Part shown: positions 8,387-17,532 of the stretch, in pieces
Layout of the letters: each line of letters opens with the position of its first letter
How positions within the stretch are numbered: the stretch's first letter is position 1
Assembly (NCBI GenBank): GCA_035606695.1
Contig: DATNEW010000035.1
Coordinates: 52,487 to 116,486 of the forward strand
Reading direction: 5' to 3'
DNA length: 64,000 bases
Source: Gemmatimonadaceae bacterium
Lineage (GTDB): Bacteria; Gemmatimonadota; Gemmatimonadetes; Gemmatimonadales; Gemmatimonadaceae
Program-made: the position numbers and the translations under genes
The notes under the pieces: generated by a model
The model's input: the letters and a program-made list of their open reading frames with translations, nothing else
What the model was told of the DNA's origin: nothing
Databases searched by the model: none

Positions 8387-10321
8387 TTACTTCGAGATCA
8401 CCAATTGGTTGAGGGCCGCATCGACGATGACCGCCGTAGTGCCGAGCCGCGTGAAGAGGAGCCGCACCGGTTGCTGGGCGCCGAACGCGGTGTTCGGCGG
8501 CGGAACCGTCGGCAGCGTGTTGCTCGAGATATCGAGAATGTAAGTGCCCTGCGTCGTCGCGCCGATCGGCTGGTTCTGCGCGACCCAAAGCTGCTTGCCG
8601 TCCGGCGTTACCGCGAGCGCGTTGATCGGACCGGAGCTGAAGCCGGTGATCGTCCCGTTCGGCATTCCGCCCGGCGCGAGTTGGAAGACGGTCACCGTGT
8701 TCGAGCCGTCGGCGATGAACATCGTCTTCCCGTCTGGTGTCACGGCGAAGTCCACAATACCCGTCGGCGCGCCGCTGTTCGTGAGATTACGCTTGATGGC
8801 GTTGGTCTGCGTGGAGATCTCGAACAGGCTGAATCGCGTCGCGATGTACAGCAGCGAGTCGCCCGGTGCCACCTTCATGATCGTGGCGGTACCGCCCACC
8901 GGCACCTCGGCGGTCACGGTATGCGTTGACGGATCGACGACCTCGAGCTGGAAGCTGTTCAGATCGACGAACAGCTTCGATCCGGTCGAGGTGATGGCCA
9001 TCTTCACCGGCGTGGCCGAGAAGAAGACCGTATCGCCGGTCGGCGTGTTCGTCGCCCCGTTGACGAACAGGAGATCGTTCTGGCCGGCGACCGCGATGCC
9101 GATGACGTTCCCGGTTGCACTCGCGGCGACGTCCACCGCGCTGCCATTCGATCCCGCGGTGACGTCGATGTTCGAATCGAGCGTCGCCGTCGTGAGATTG
9201 ACGATGCCTACCTTGCCCACCGACGATCGCGCGACGTAGGCGGTGTTATTGGCGATCGCGACGCCGCCGATGGAGCTCGACATGCTGACGGCGGTTTCTC
9301 CGGTCGGACTCGACGGGCCGCCGATCACCGTCACCGTCTGCTGCGCGCTCACGCCGTTCGACGTCACGGTGATGACCGCGGTCCCGCCGCTCACGCCCGT
9401 GACGACTCCGGTCGAGCTGACCGTGGCCACCGCGGTGTTGGACGACGTCCACGTGAACGTCGGGTTCGTGATGGCGTTGTTGTTCGCGTCGGCAGCGGTC
9501 GCGGTGAGGGTGAACGTCTGGCCGATGGTGAGCGACGGCGCCGTATTCGTGATCTTCACCGACGCGACCGCGCCAAGTGTGCCCGTCGCGGTGAACGTCA
9601 CGGGCGTCGTGATGCCGGTGACCGTCGCGGTCACCGTGTTCGTTCCGGGCGTCGGTCCCAGCTTCCAGCTGCCCGCGGTCGCGACGCCGTTCGCGTCAGT
9701 CGTGGGCGAACCGCCGCTGACGCTGCCGCCACCGGTCGCGACCGCGAACGTGACGGTCACACTGGCCACGGGGTTGCCGTTCTGATCCGTGACCTTCACC
9801 GACGGTGGAACGGCGACGTTCGCGCCGGCCACAGCGGTCTGTGGATCGGTCGAGTTCTTCGTGATGTTCTTCGCCGCGCCGGCCGACGCGGTGGCCGTGA
9901 ATGTGACCGGCGAGAGCGTGCCCGCGGTGGCCGTAACCGTTTGCGTTCCCGTCTTGGGACCCAGCGTCCAGACGGTGACGGCCTTGCCGTTGACGTCGGT
10001 GCGAACGCTGGTCGAGCTCAAGGTGCCGCCTCCGCTGGCGACCGCAAACGTGACGACGGTCGTGTCGATCGGCAGTCCCGCCTTGTTCAATACCGTTACC
10101 TGGAGCGGCGTGTTCAGTTGCGTGCCCGCAACTCCCGTGAGCGGCGTCGTGACGTTCGACGTGATGGACGCGGGCGTGACGTCCGGCGGCGGCGGTGTCG
10201 TCGAAGACGACTGCGCCGGCCCGGTAGAGTCACCGCAGGCGGCAAGCGCGGCGAGCGAAATCAGCGCGGCAAGCGTTGCCGCGCTGCGAATTTGACGACG
10301 ATTGAACGAAACCTGGAACAT
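8387..10321 (-). CDS. Lipoprotein with tandem Ig-like (Big2-type) domains and a C-terminal beta-propeller-like repeat region
   Basis: ATG 10321 has AGGAG 8 nt upstream. Lipobox LAALAACGDS. Repeated T/V/G-rich segments of about 90 aa (VTVTFAVA..GG.S) are followed by YVTN-like repeats. The ORF track's longest start is GTG 10351. Confidence 0.7.
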   Translation of the reverse strand: MFQVSFNRRQIRSAATLAALISLAALAACGDSTGPAQSSSTTPPPPDVTPASITSNVTTPLTGVAGTQLNTPLQVTVLNKAGLPIDTTVVTFAVASGGGTLSSTSVRTDVNGKAVTVWTLGPKTGTQTVTATAGTLSPVTFTATASAGAAKNITKNSTDPQTAVAGANVAVPPSVKVTDQNGNPVASVTVTFAVATGGGSVSGGSPTTDANGVATAGSWKLGPTPGTNTVTATVTGITTPVTFTATGTLGAVASVKITNTAPSLTIGQTFTLTATAADANNNAITNPTFTWTSSNTAVATVSSTGVVTGVSGGTAVITVTSNGVSAQQTVTVIGGPSSPTGETAVSMSSSIGGVAIANNTAYVARSSVGKVGIVNLTTATLDSNIDVTAGSNGSAVDVAASATGNVIGIAVAGQNDLLFVNGATNTPTGDTVFFSATPVKMAITSTGSKLFVDLNSFQLEVVDPSTHTVTAEVPVGGTATIMKVAPGDSLLYIATRFSLFEISTQTNAIKRNLTNSGAPTGIVDFAVTPDGKTMFIADGSNTVTVFQLAPGGMPNGTITGFSSGPINALAVTPDGKQLWVAQNQPIGATTQGTYILDISSNTLPTVPPPNTAFGAQQPVRLLFTRLGTTAVIVDAALNQLVISK

Positions 10322-10390
10322 CAACCACTCTCCTGACCGAATGTGCTGCACGCGACCTGCCCCGCGCCTGCGCCTGCCATGACGACGTCG

Positions 10391-12874
10391 TCAAGCCGAT
10401 GCGCTCGACCGGCGTCGCTCCAGGAGCGCGCCGGCAATCCAGGCACCGACCGCGATCACCAACGCGACCAGTGTGACGACCTTTCCCTTCTCATACGCGG
10501 CGTCCGTAAACCGCAGCGAGACCGTCCTGACGCCCTGTGGGAGCGCCACGCCGATCAAGTTGAAATCCGTGAGGCCCAACGGCGCGGGCTTCCCGTCGGC
10601 CGTCGCGTGCCAACCCGGAAAGTAATTCTCTGCCACCACCAGCGCCTGTCCCGCGCTGGCCGGCTGATCGAGTGCAAGGTCGATGCTCCCGGGTTCGTAC
10701 GACGTCACTTTCACGGTGCCGGTCGCCGCGGCGGGCAGCGAGGAAATCTGAATTCCGGCGATGTCGCGCGCGGTCGTATCGACGATCGCGACCGTCGCGG
10801 GGTCGAAGCGCGGGTCGAGCACCGTCGCGAGCGCCTGGTTTTGCGGTGCCTTGACGATCGCGGTCGCCGTCCACGCCAGCGGATTGGTGTTTGCGATCTT
10901 ATATGAGTAAACCATGGAGCCGACGACGTTGCGCACAGGCCCGGCAAGCTTGATCAGCGACACGTGCAGTTGATCGGCGATCTTCATCATCGTCGAATCG
11001 TCCGCCGCGCTGTACCAGTACTGCACGTTTTCGTGGCGCCAGAATGCCGGCGAGAGCTCGCGGTTTTCCTCTGGCGGTCCCATGAGCGCGTCGTACATCC
11101 CGAGCTCGTTCCCCTGGTACCCGGCGACCAGGCGCAGTCCGTGGATCATCAAATGATCGCCAGAGAACGTGCGATCCGGCTTTCCTCCTTCCGTGACCAA
11201 GCCGCTACCGAACGCGGGATTGAGCACTCGTCCCGGACCGGACTTCGCGATATCCGCCTTGATCGCTTCGATGGCGGGATCAGTCGCGTACGTCACGGAC
11301 GCGGGCGGCATGAAGAGCCAATACAGCCGTTCGATCGACCAAAGATCCGCGGCGACCAAGAAAACAATCGTCACGATGGCCGCCTTCGGTTTGAGACGAT
11401 CCGTCATGAACGCCCAGATCGCGGTGGCCGCGAGTGCGACGAAAATGAACGACCGCCACACGCCAAGGATCGCGTCGCGCGTGTTGTCCTGGAGCAGCTG
11501 GGAATGCATCTCGGACGGCATGTACCCACCGTCGATCGTCGACGCGACGGCGTTCGCGAGCGCCGTATAGCCGCCCACCGACATCAAGACGCCGAAGACG
11601 CCCGCCGCGGCAAGCCAGATCGCCGCATACCTCGGCGACACGCGACCAGCGAGCAGCCGCTCGGTGCCAAGCGCCGCCAACACCGCCACACTCAGCGCCG
11701 TGATGTAGATGATCGTACTCGGCGCCCGGAGATACTTGGTCATGGGGACGAGCGCCATCGGAATGTGATAGAACGGCGTATAGCCGCCGAATGCCCAGAT
11801 GAGCGACACGAGTCCCGTGATCCACCAGAAGCGGCGGAACCCTTTGCGGCCGGTGGATCCGAAGGCGAGACCCGCGAGCATCAGCACCACGACGCCGAAA
11901 TAGTCGCTGTGATAGTGAAACGGCGCGTTGCGTCCCCAGTACTGCTGGAGAATTCCCGTAAACTGCGGCCAATACCAGTTGAGCACTTCCTCGATCGGAT
12001 ATGAAAAACTCGTCGCCGTCGCCCAATCATGGCCCGCGGCGCGCGGCGACCAGGGCTTGTACTCGATCAGTCCCGGCCAGAACTGCACGGCGCCAATGAG
12101 AATCCCAACCATCACCGCGGCCAGCGCGAGGCCGATTCGTTTGATCGCGACGTCGCGTGCGAGCTTGCCAAATCCGGGATGGTCGCCGAGCGCGACGTAG
12201 AGCGTAAAACAGCCGGCGAGTATGAGGAAATACTGAAACAGCTGCGGATGCGGCGACAGGAACGCGAGCCCGACGACGAACGCGAAGGCGCCCCACGCCC
12301 ACAGGCGTCCGTCGCGCACGGCGCGGGTGAGGAGCAGCAGCGCCAGCGGCGTCAACGCGCTCACGAACAGCTTGCCGTCGTGTCCGGGTGAGGCGAGACC
12401 GGCGAGCGATCCCCCGAGCATGTACGCGAGGCCACCGACCAGCGCCGCGTAGAAGCCCATCCGCCACGCGCGCAGGAACTGGTACGTGAACAGTCCCGCG
12501 AGGAACAGGTGGATGGCGAACTCCCACGTCATCGCCTTGTCCGTGGGCAGGATCATGCGGAGCAGGAACGTGGGATAGAAAATGTCGCCGTGCATGGCGG
12601 CGATGTACGGCAGGCCGCCGACGAGATAGGGATTCCACTGCGGGAAGCCGCGGCCCGAGCGCAGCCACTGCGCGGCAAAATCGCGGAACGCATAGCCGGC
12701 GATGTATTGGTCGTTCCACGGGTTGACGAGGAACTTCCCCGCCAGCGCCGGATACGCGAGCAGCATGGTGCTCACGAAGTAGACGAGCGCCGCCCACGCG
12801 GTCGCGAAACGCGGCGCCGGAAGGTCGTCGGGGCCCGGCGCCGCGGTCACATCAGAGTTTCGTGAGAGTGCCAT
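10391..12874 (-). CDS. YfhO-like polytopic membrane glycosyltransferase (GT-C fold candidate)
   Basis: 827 aa with at least 10 N-terminal TM helices and a large C-terminal extracytoplasmic domain ending in a final TM helix. This matches YfhO-family organisation as I recall it. Confidence 0.6.
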   Translation of the reverse strand: MALSRNSDVTAAPGPDDLPAPRFATAWAALVYFVSTMLLAYPALAGKFLVNPWNDQYIAGYAFRDFAAQWLRSGRGFPQWNPYLVGGLPYIAAMHGDIFYPTFLLRMILPTDKAMTWEFAIHLFLAGLFTYQFLRAWRMGFYAALVGGLAYMLGGSLAGLASPGHDGKLFVSALTPLALLLLTRAVRDGRLWAWGAFAFVVGLAFLSPHPQLFQYFLILAGCFTLYVALGDHPGFGKLARDVAIKRIGLALAAVMVGILIGAVQFWPGLIEYKPWSPRAAGHDWATATSFSYPIEEVLNWYWPQFTGILQQYWGRNAPFHYHSDYFGVVVLMLAGLAFGSTGRKGFRRFWWITGLVSLIWAFGGYTPFYHIPMALVPMTKYLRAPSTIIYITALSVAVLAALGTERLLAGRVSPRYAAIWLAAAGVFGVLMSVGGYTALANAVASTIDGGYMPSEMHSQLLQDNTRDAILGVWRSFIFVALAATAIWAFMTDRLKPKAAIVTIVFLVAADLWSIERLYWLFMPPASVTYATDPAIEAIKADIAKSGPGRVLNPAFGSGLVTEGGKPDRTFSGDHLMIHGLRLVAGYQGNELGMYDALMGPPEENRELSPAFWRHENVQYWYSAADDSTMMKIADQLHVSLIKLAGPVRNVVGSMVYSYKIANTNPLAWTATAIVKAPQNQALATVLDPRFDPATVAIVDTTARDIAGIQISSLPAAATGTVKVTSYEPGSIDLALDQPASAGQALVVAENYFPGWHATADGKPAPLGLTDFNLIGVALPQGVRTVSLRFTDAAYEKGKVVTLVALVIAVGAWIAGALLERRRSSASA

Positions 12875-13883
12875 CGCGTGGAGGTCGGAATCGTGTGCCG
12901 GTGGCCATGAAAAGCAAACCGGGAAGGACTTCGAGAATCGTCATCATCAGGCGCGAGACAACGGATATCAGTAGGGCCTCTTTACTCGTCGCCAACTTCA
13001 ACGTGGTGAGCACCGTGATTTGCGCGGCCTCGCGGACGCCGGCTCCGCTCGGCAAGAGAAAGACAAGATAACCCATCACATAGGACAGCGCGTACGCCGC
13101 GACGTAGTCGGAGAGTGTTCCCTCGGACCGTCCCAAGACACCGTGTACGAGGAGTTGAAAGGCCCATCCGTATAGCAACCACGCAACGAGGTTTCCGATG
13201 ACGGCCACATACACCGCGCGCATCGGCAATGTGCCGAGCTGTAGCGAGCGGCCGGTGATTCGTTCGGCGATCGCGGTGAGTTGCGGAAGGATCACCGGCA
13301 GCGCGAGCACGCCCGCCAACACGATAAACGTGACAGCGATGCCGAGCGTTCGATGCCCGTTGGACACGTCGTTCATCGCGCGAAACCCGGCGGCAATCCC
13401 GACAGCGAATCCGAGCGGGATGGCGACGAGGTTGCTGAGCAACGACGATCCAATCGCCGCGGCCGGCGGCACGGCGACACGCCGAGCCATGTCCCCCATG
13501 GCCGCGATCTGAATCAGGTTTCCTGCGGGGAGATACCGTCCGAGATTCGTCACGGCCCAGATGCGTACCGCGTTGACGAAGCCGAGCTCCGCACCCCACG
13601 CGCGCACGATACGCCGCCACACGTCCACCAGGAGCGCGTACGTCAGCAGGACGACCGCCGCCGACGCGACCAGATACGACCACGTCAGATGAACGTCGAA
13701 CGACTCGGCGCGAAAGCTCCGCCAGTTCTTCGTCAGCGCACGTCCGATGTACACCAACACGATCGCGCCGAGCGCGATCTGTGCGGCGCGCCAGCGCTTA
13801 TTTCGTCGCGCTGGCGATGGCGGTGCGATAGACGTCGGCGTAGCGTCGGGCAACCGACTCGGGGGCGAAGGTGGCGAGGGCAT
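12852..13883 (-). CDS. Flippase-like membrane protein (lysyl-PG synthase TM-region / UPF0104-like)
   Basis: 343 aa, about 8 TM helices with a Pro-rich N-terminus. The start is uncertain because the longest ORF overlaps the upstream GT4 gene by 86 nt. Confidence 0.55.
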   Translation of the reverse strand: MPSPPSPPSRLPDATPTSIAPPSPARRNKRWRAAQIALGAIVLVYIGRALTKNWRSFRAESFDVHLTWSYLVASAAVVLLTYALLVDVWRRIVRAWGAELGFVNAVRIWAVTNLGRYLPAGNLIQIAAMGDMARRVAVPPAAAIGSSLLSNLVAIPLGFAVGIAAGFRAMNDVSNGHRTLGIAVTFIVLAGVLALPVILPQLTAIAERITGRSLQLGTLPMRAVYVAVIGNLVAWLLYGWAFQLLVHGVLGRSEGTLSDYVAAYALSYVMGYLVFLLPSGAGVREAAQITVLTTLKLATSKEALLISVVSRLMMTILEVLPGLLFMATGTRFRPPRDGTLTKL

Positions 13884-14967
13884 GCAGGCGAGCCGCCGCG
13901 CCCAACGCGGCGCCCCGATCGTCCCGCTCCAGCAACGAAGCTAACGCCGCGGCCAGCGCACCGGCATCGACGTCCTTCACCAGCACGCCGGTGCGATCGT
14001 GCTGCACGACGTCCGGCAGTCCGCCGGAATCGAACGCGACGACGGGCGTCTCACACAACTGCGCTTCGACCGCGACGAGGCCGAGGCCTTCTCCGACCGA
14101 CGGAACGACGAGCGCCGTGGCCGTCCGATAGAAATCCGCGAGCTTCGCTTGCGGCAGCGCCCCATGCCACGTCACGCGATCGCCGATTCCAAGGGCGGTC
14201 GCGAGATCGACGAGCGTCGCGCGATCTTCGCCGTCGCCGATGACGTCGAGACGCACGTCGGTGTTCGGCAGGCGGCTCATCGCGTGGAGCAGCACCTCGA
14301 TTCCCTTCTGCTTGTTCAGCCGGCCTACGAACAGGAGCGTGTTCGTTTCGCGAGAGCCGCCGGGCGAGAAGAGGTCCGTCGCGACGGGCATCGGCGCCAC
14401 GATCGGCGCGGGCGCTGAAACGACTTCCTGCGCTTCGTTCGCCAGCCAGCGCGACACCGCGGTCACCGCGGCGGAGTGATGCATGACGTGACGAAACGCG
14501 GGGCGCGAGAACGCGACCGAACGCGCGAGCCGCACATCGCTGCCGTGCAGCGTCGTGACGAGCGGCTTGTTCGCCATGCGGCCGAGCCAGGTGCCGACCA
14601 GTCCGTTCGGGAACCACCAGTGCGCGTGCACGATGTCGGGCTCGAACGCTCGGCGTGCCTTGACCGCCGATCGGAACTCGGCGCCCAGGAAGCCGAGCAT
14701 GGTGACCTTGGCGCTCCAGGACTGCTGGACCTGGGAGGCCATGGTGCCCGTGTAGGCGAGCGTCTCGTAGCGGCGCGGCGCGTAGCGGAACCGTTCGACG
14801 TGGACGCGGTCGAAGGACTCTTCGTGCGCCAGGCCGGCGGCGGCAGGGGCGACGACGCTCGTTTCGATGCCCTCGCCGCGAAGCGCGGTGGCCAGGCGGA
14901 GAACGAACGACCCGGGGGCATCCCCGGCGCGCCGGGGAAAGCTATGCGTGAGAAATAATACTTTCAT
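13798..14967 (-). CDS. Glycosyltransferase family 4 (GT-B)
   Basis: MKVLFLTHSFP N-terminus and C-terminal EGLGLVAVEAQLCETPVVA (E-x7-E region). Confidence 0.85.
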   Translation of the reverse strand: MKVLFLTHSFPRRAGDAPGSFVLRLATALRGEGIETSVVAPAAAGLAHEESFDRVHVERFRYAPRRYETLAYTGTMASQVQQSWSAKVTMLGFLGAEFRSAVKARRAFEPDIVHAHWWFPNGLVGTWLGRMANKPLVTTLHGSDVRLARSVAFSRPAFRHVMHHSAAVTAVSRWLANEAQEVVSAPAPIVAPMPVATDLFSPGGSRETNTLLFVGRLNKQKGIEVLLHAMSRLPNTDVRLDVIGDGEDRATLVDLATALGIGDRVTWHGALPQAKLADFYRTATALVVPSVGEGLGLVAVEAQLCETPVVAFDSGGLPDVVQHDRTGVLVKDVDAGALAAALASLLERDDRGAALGAAARLHALATFAPESVARRYADVYRTAIASATK

Positions 14968-14969
14968 TA

Positions 14970-16010
14970 TTATCGATCTTTAACACGCTCGGCGGCGAGC
15001 TCGTCGAGCTGTCGCCGGATCTCGCGAAGTTGGGCGCGCTGGCCGGCGATCATCTCGCCCAAGATGCCCGTGGCGAACAGAATGCTGCCCAGGACCAGCG
15101 CGGTTTGAATGAGCGTCCACAGGGAGCGGACGCCTTCACGCGTGAACAGCAGGCCAAGACTGGCCACGATGCTCAGCGCGACGATGCCGACGCCGAGCAT
15201 GCCGAACAACAGCAGCGGCTTCTGGCCGAAGCGCAGCTCGAACCACACCGAGAGCATGTCGAGCACGCCCACGGGAATGCGCGACAGTCCGAACTTGGAC
15301 CGGCCGGCATGGCGCGGATACAGCGGGACGGGAATTTCGGTTACCGTGAATCCCTGCGCGGCGGCGATCACGATCATGTAGCGGTGCCAGTCGGGCCGCA
15401 CCGGAAGGATGTCCATGATCTCGCGCCGGTACGCCTTCACGGAATTCAAATCCTTCACCGGCACGTGAAAGAGGAGCCGGCTCAAGCCATTGTAGACCCG
15501 CGAGACGAATGCCTTCTCGTACTTCCCTTCCTTGAAGCCGGTGACCATGTCGGCTTCGCCGGCGAGAATCGGCGCGCAGAGGCGCGGGATGTCTTCGGGC
15601 TTGAACTGCAGGTCGGCCGGATAGAACACCAGCACGCCGCCGGTCGCACTCAAGTAGCCCGTGCGGAGCGCGTCCGCGATGCCGCGCTTGGCGCGATGCC
15701 GCGCCAGCCGCAAAAATGAGTATTTGCTCGTGAGATCCTGCAGCACGGCCCACGTGCGGTCGTTGCTGCCGTCGTCGACGACGATGACCTCGTACGAACA
15801 CGAGGAGGATGCGAACGCCGCCGCCGCCTGCTCCATGAACAGCGGCAGGTTCTCGGCCTCGTTGTTCGCGGGGACGAGCACCGAGACGTCCGCGGCTGCG
15901 TTGGGCGCTGGGCGTTGGGCGTTGCCGCGTTGGGCGTTGGGCGTTGGGCGCTGGGCGCTGGGCGTGAACTCGCTCACGTACGGATGATCGTGTTGTGGAA
16001 GAGGACTCAT
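14970..16010 (-). CDS. GT2 polyprenyl-phosphate sugar synthase (GtrB/CsbB-like), two C-terminal TM helices
   Basis: VLVPANNEAENL, VVDDGSNDRT and YPADLQ motifs plus a C-terminal TM pair. Codons 16-38 (PSAQRPTPNAQRGNAQRPAPNA) are encoded by the 7-nt repeat array. An alternative GTG start at 15881 would place the array in the 5' UTR. Confidence 0.8.
   Translation of the reverse strand: MSPLPQHDHPYVSEFTPSAQRPTPNAQRGNAQRPAPNAAADVSVLVPANNEAENLPLFMEQAAAAFASSSCSYEVIVVDDGSNDRTWAVLQDLTSKYSFLRLARHRAKRGIADALRTGYLSATGGVLVFYPADLQFKPEDIPRLCAPILAGEADMVTGFKEGKYEKAFVSRVYNGLSRLLFHVPVKDLNSVKAYRREIMDILPVRPDWHRYMIVIAAAQGFTVTEIPVPLYPRHAGRSKFGLSRIPVGVLDMLSVWFELRFGQKPLLLFGMLGVGIVALSIVASLGLLFTREGVRSLWTLIQTALVLGSILFATGILGEMIAGQRAQLREIRRQLDELAAERVKDR
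15898..15966. repeat. 7-nt G-tract tandem array (TTGGGCG/CTGGGCG), 3 + 5 units, 8 GGG tracts on the plus strand
   Basis: Read directly: gcgTTGGGCGCTGGGCGTTGGGCGttgccgcgTTGGGCGTTGGGCGTTGGGCGCTGGGCGCTGGGCG. Confidence 0.9.
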
Positions 16011-16023
16011 GCGAGGAGCGTCG

Positions 16024-16053
16024 TGCCCATCGCCCAGCGCCCGTCGCCCAGCG
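16024..16053. repeat. Complementary C-tract array (CGCCCAN x4), inverted partner of 15898-15966
   Basis: GCCCATCGCCCAGCGCCCGTCGCCCAGCGCG fills the rpoN-GT2 intergenic gap immediately after the rpoN stop. Confidence 0.85.
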
Positions 16054-16056
16054 CGC

Positions 16057-17532
16057 TCATACTCGCTTGCGCATGCGTGCCGACAGCACTCCCAACTGAT
16101 CGCGGTACTTGGCCACCGTGCGGCGAGCGATCTGCACGCCCGACTCCTTGAGGATGTTCACGATCGCCTGGTCCGTGAGCGGATGCTTTGGATCTTCTTC
16201 CGCCACCAGCTTCTCGATCTGCGCCTTGATGCCGCGCGCCGACACGTCTTCGCCCTGCGTGGTCGAAAGACCGGACGAGAAGAAAAACTTGAGCGGCAGC
16301 ACACCGCGCGGCGTCTGCACGAATTTCTCGTTCGTCACGCGGCTGACCGTAGACTCGTGCATGTTGATCACTTCGGCGACTTCGCGCAGCGTGAGCGGCT
16401 TCAGATGCTGCACGCCCTTCTCGAAGAAGTCGCGCTGCCGATCGACGATGTAATTCATGACCTTGAGCATCGTCTGACGCCGCTGCTCGATCGCCTGGAT
16501 CATCCAGTTGGCCGAGTTGAGCTTGGAGGAGATGAACTCCTTGGATTCACCCTCGAACTTCTTCTTGTCGCGCGCGATCTCCTGATAGGCGCGGGAGAGC
16601 TTGAGCCGCGGCAGGTTGGCGTCGTTCAGGAAGACGTGATACTTGCCGTCGATCTTCTCGACGATGAGATCGGGGATGATGTAGTTGTCGCTGGCGTCCG
16701 AGTAGACCAGGCCCGGCTTGGGGTCGAGCTTCTTGATCTCGTCCGCCGCGCGCTGCACGTCGCTGGGCGAGATCCCGAACCGCTTGGAGATCTCACTCCA
16801 ACGGTGGTTGATCAATTCGTCGAAGCAATCCCGGACCAAACGGAACGGCACGGATTGCTCGAGGCCCGCTTCGCGCAGCTGGAGCATGAGGCATTCGCGC
16901 AGGTCGCGCGCGCCGACACCCGGCGGATCGAGATTCTGAATGATCCGCAGCATCTCGTCGACTTCGGGCATCGTGTAGAGCGGCAAGTCGTCGATCTCGC
17001 GCTCGGCGGCTTCGGCGGCGCGCACGACTTCTTCGTTGACGCTCGTCATCACCTGCTCGACCGGGCAGGCGAGATAGCCGTCTTCGTTGATGTTGCCGAT
17101 GAACTCATCGGCGAGGAAGGCTTGCCGCGGCGACAGATCGAGCAGCGTGATCTGATCGATCAGATGGTCGGAGAGATTGCGGCTGTCGACGGTGACGGGC
17201 TCGTAATACTCGCGCTCTTCGTGCTCTTCGCGGCGGCCGCCGGCGTCGAATCCGTCGAGCAGAATGTCTTCCCAATTGATCTCGTCATTCTGCTTTTCTT
17301 CCGCGGGCTCGCTCTGCGCTTCCGCCTCGACGGTCTCGTCCTCGCCCTCGTTTTCCTCTTCGTCTTCCTCCGGCTCGACCATGTCGAGGAACGGATTGTT
17401 CAGCAGTTCCTGCTTGAGGTGCTGCTGGAGATCCAGAAGCGGCATGTACAGGAGGTCCATCGCCTGGTAGAGGCGAGGATTGATCTTGAGCTCCTGCTTC
17501 AGCTGCGTGTTCTGGGAGAGACCAGCTTTCAT
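16057..17532 (-). CDS. rpoN: RNA polymerase sigma-54 factor
   Basis: Q/L-rich N-terminal region I, an acidic linker (EEDEEENEGEDE), and the C-terminal RpoN box ARRTVAKYR. Confidence 0.93.
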   Translation of the reverse strand: MKAGLSQNTQLKQELKINPRLYQAMDLLYMPLLDLQQHLKQELLNNPFLDMVEPEEDEEENEGEDETVEAEAQSEPAEEKQNDEINWEDILLDGFDAGGRREEHEEREYYEPVTVDSRNLSDHLIDQITLLDLSPRQAFLADEFIGNINEDGYLACPVEQVMTSVNEEVVRAAEAAEREIDDLPLYTMPEVDEMLRIIQNLDPPGVGARDLRECLMLQLREAGLEQSVPFRLVRDCFDELINHRWSEISKRFGISPSDVQRAADEIKKLDPKPGLVYSDASDNYIIPDLIVEKIDGKYHVFLNDANLPRLKLSRAYQEIARDKKKFEGESKEFISSKLNSANWMIQAIEQRRQTMLKVMNYIVDRQRDFFEKGVQHLKPLTLREVAEVINMHESTVSRVTNEKFVQTPRGVLPLKFFFSSGLSTTQGEDVSARGIKAQIEKLVAEEDPKHPLTDQAIVNILKESGVQIARRTVAKYRDQLGVLSARMRKRV

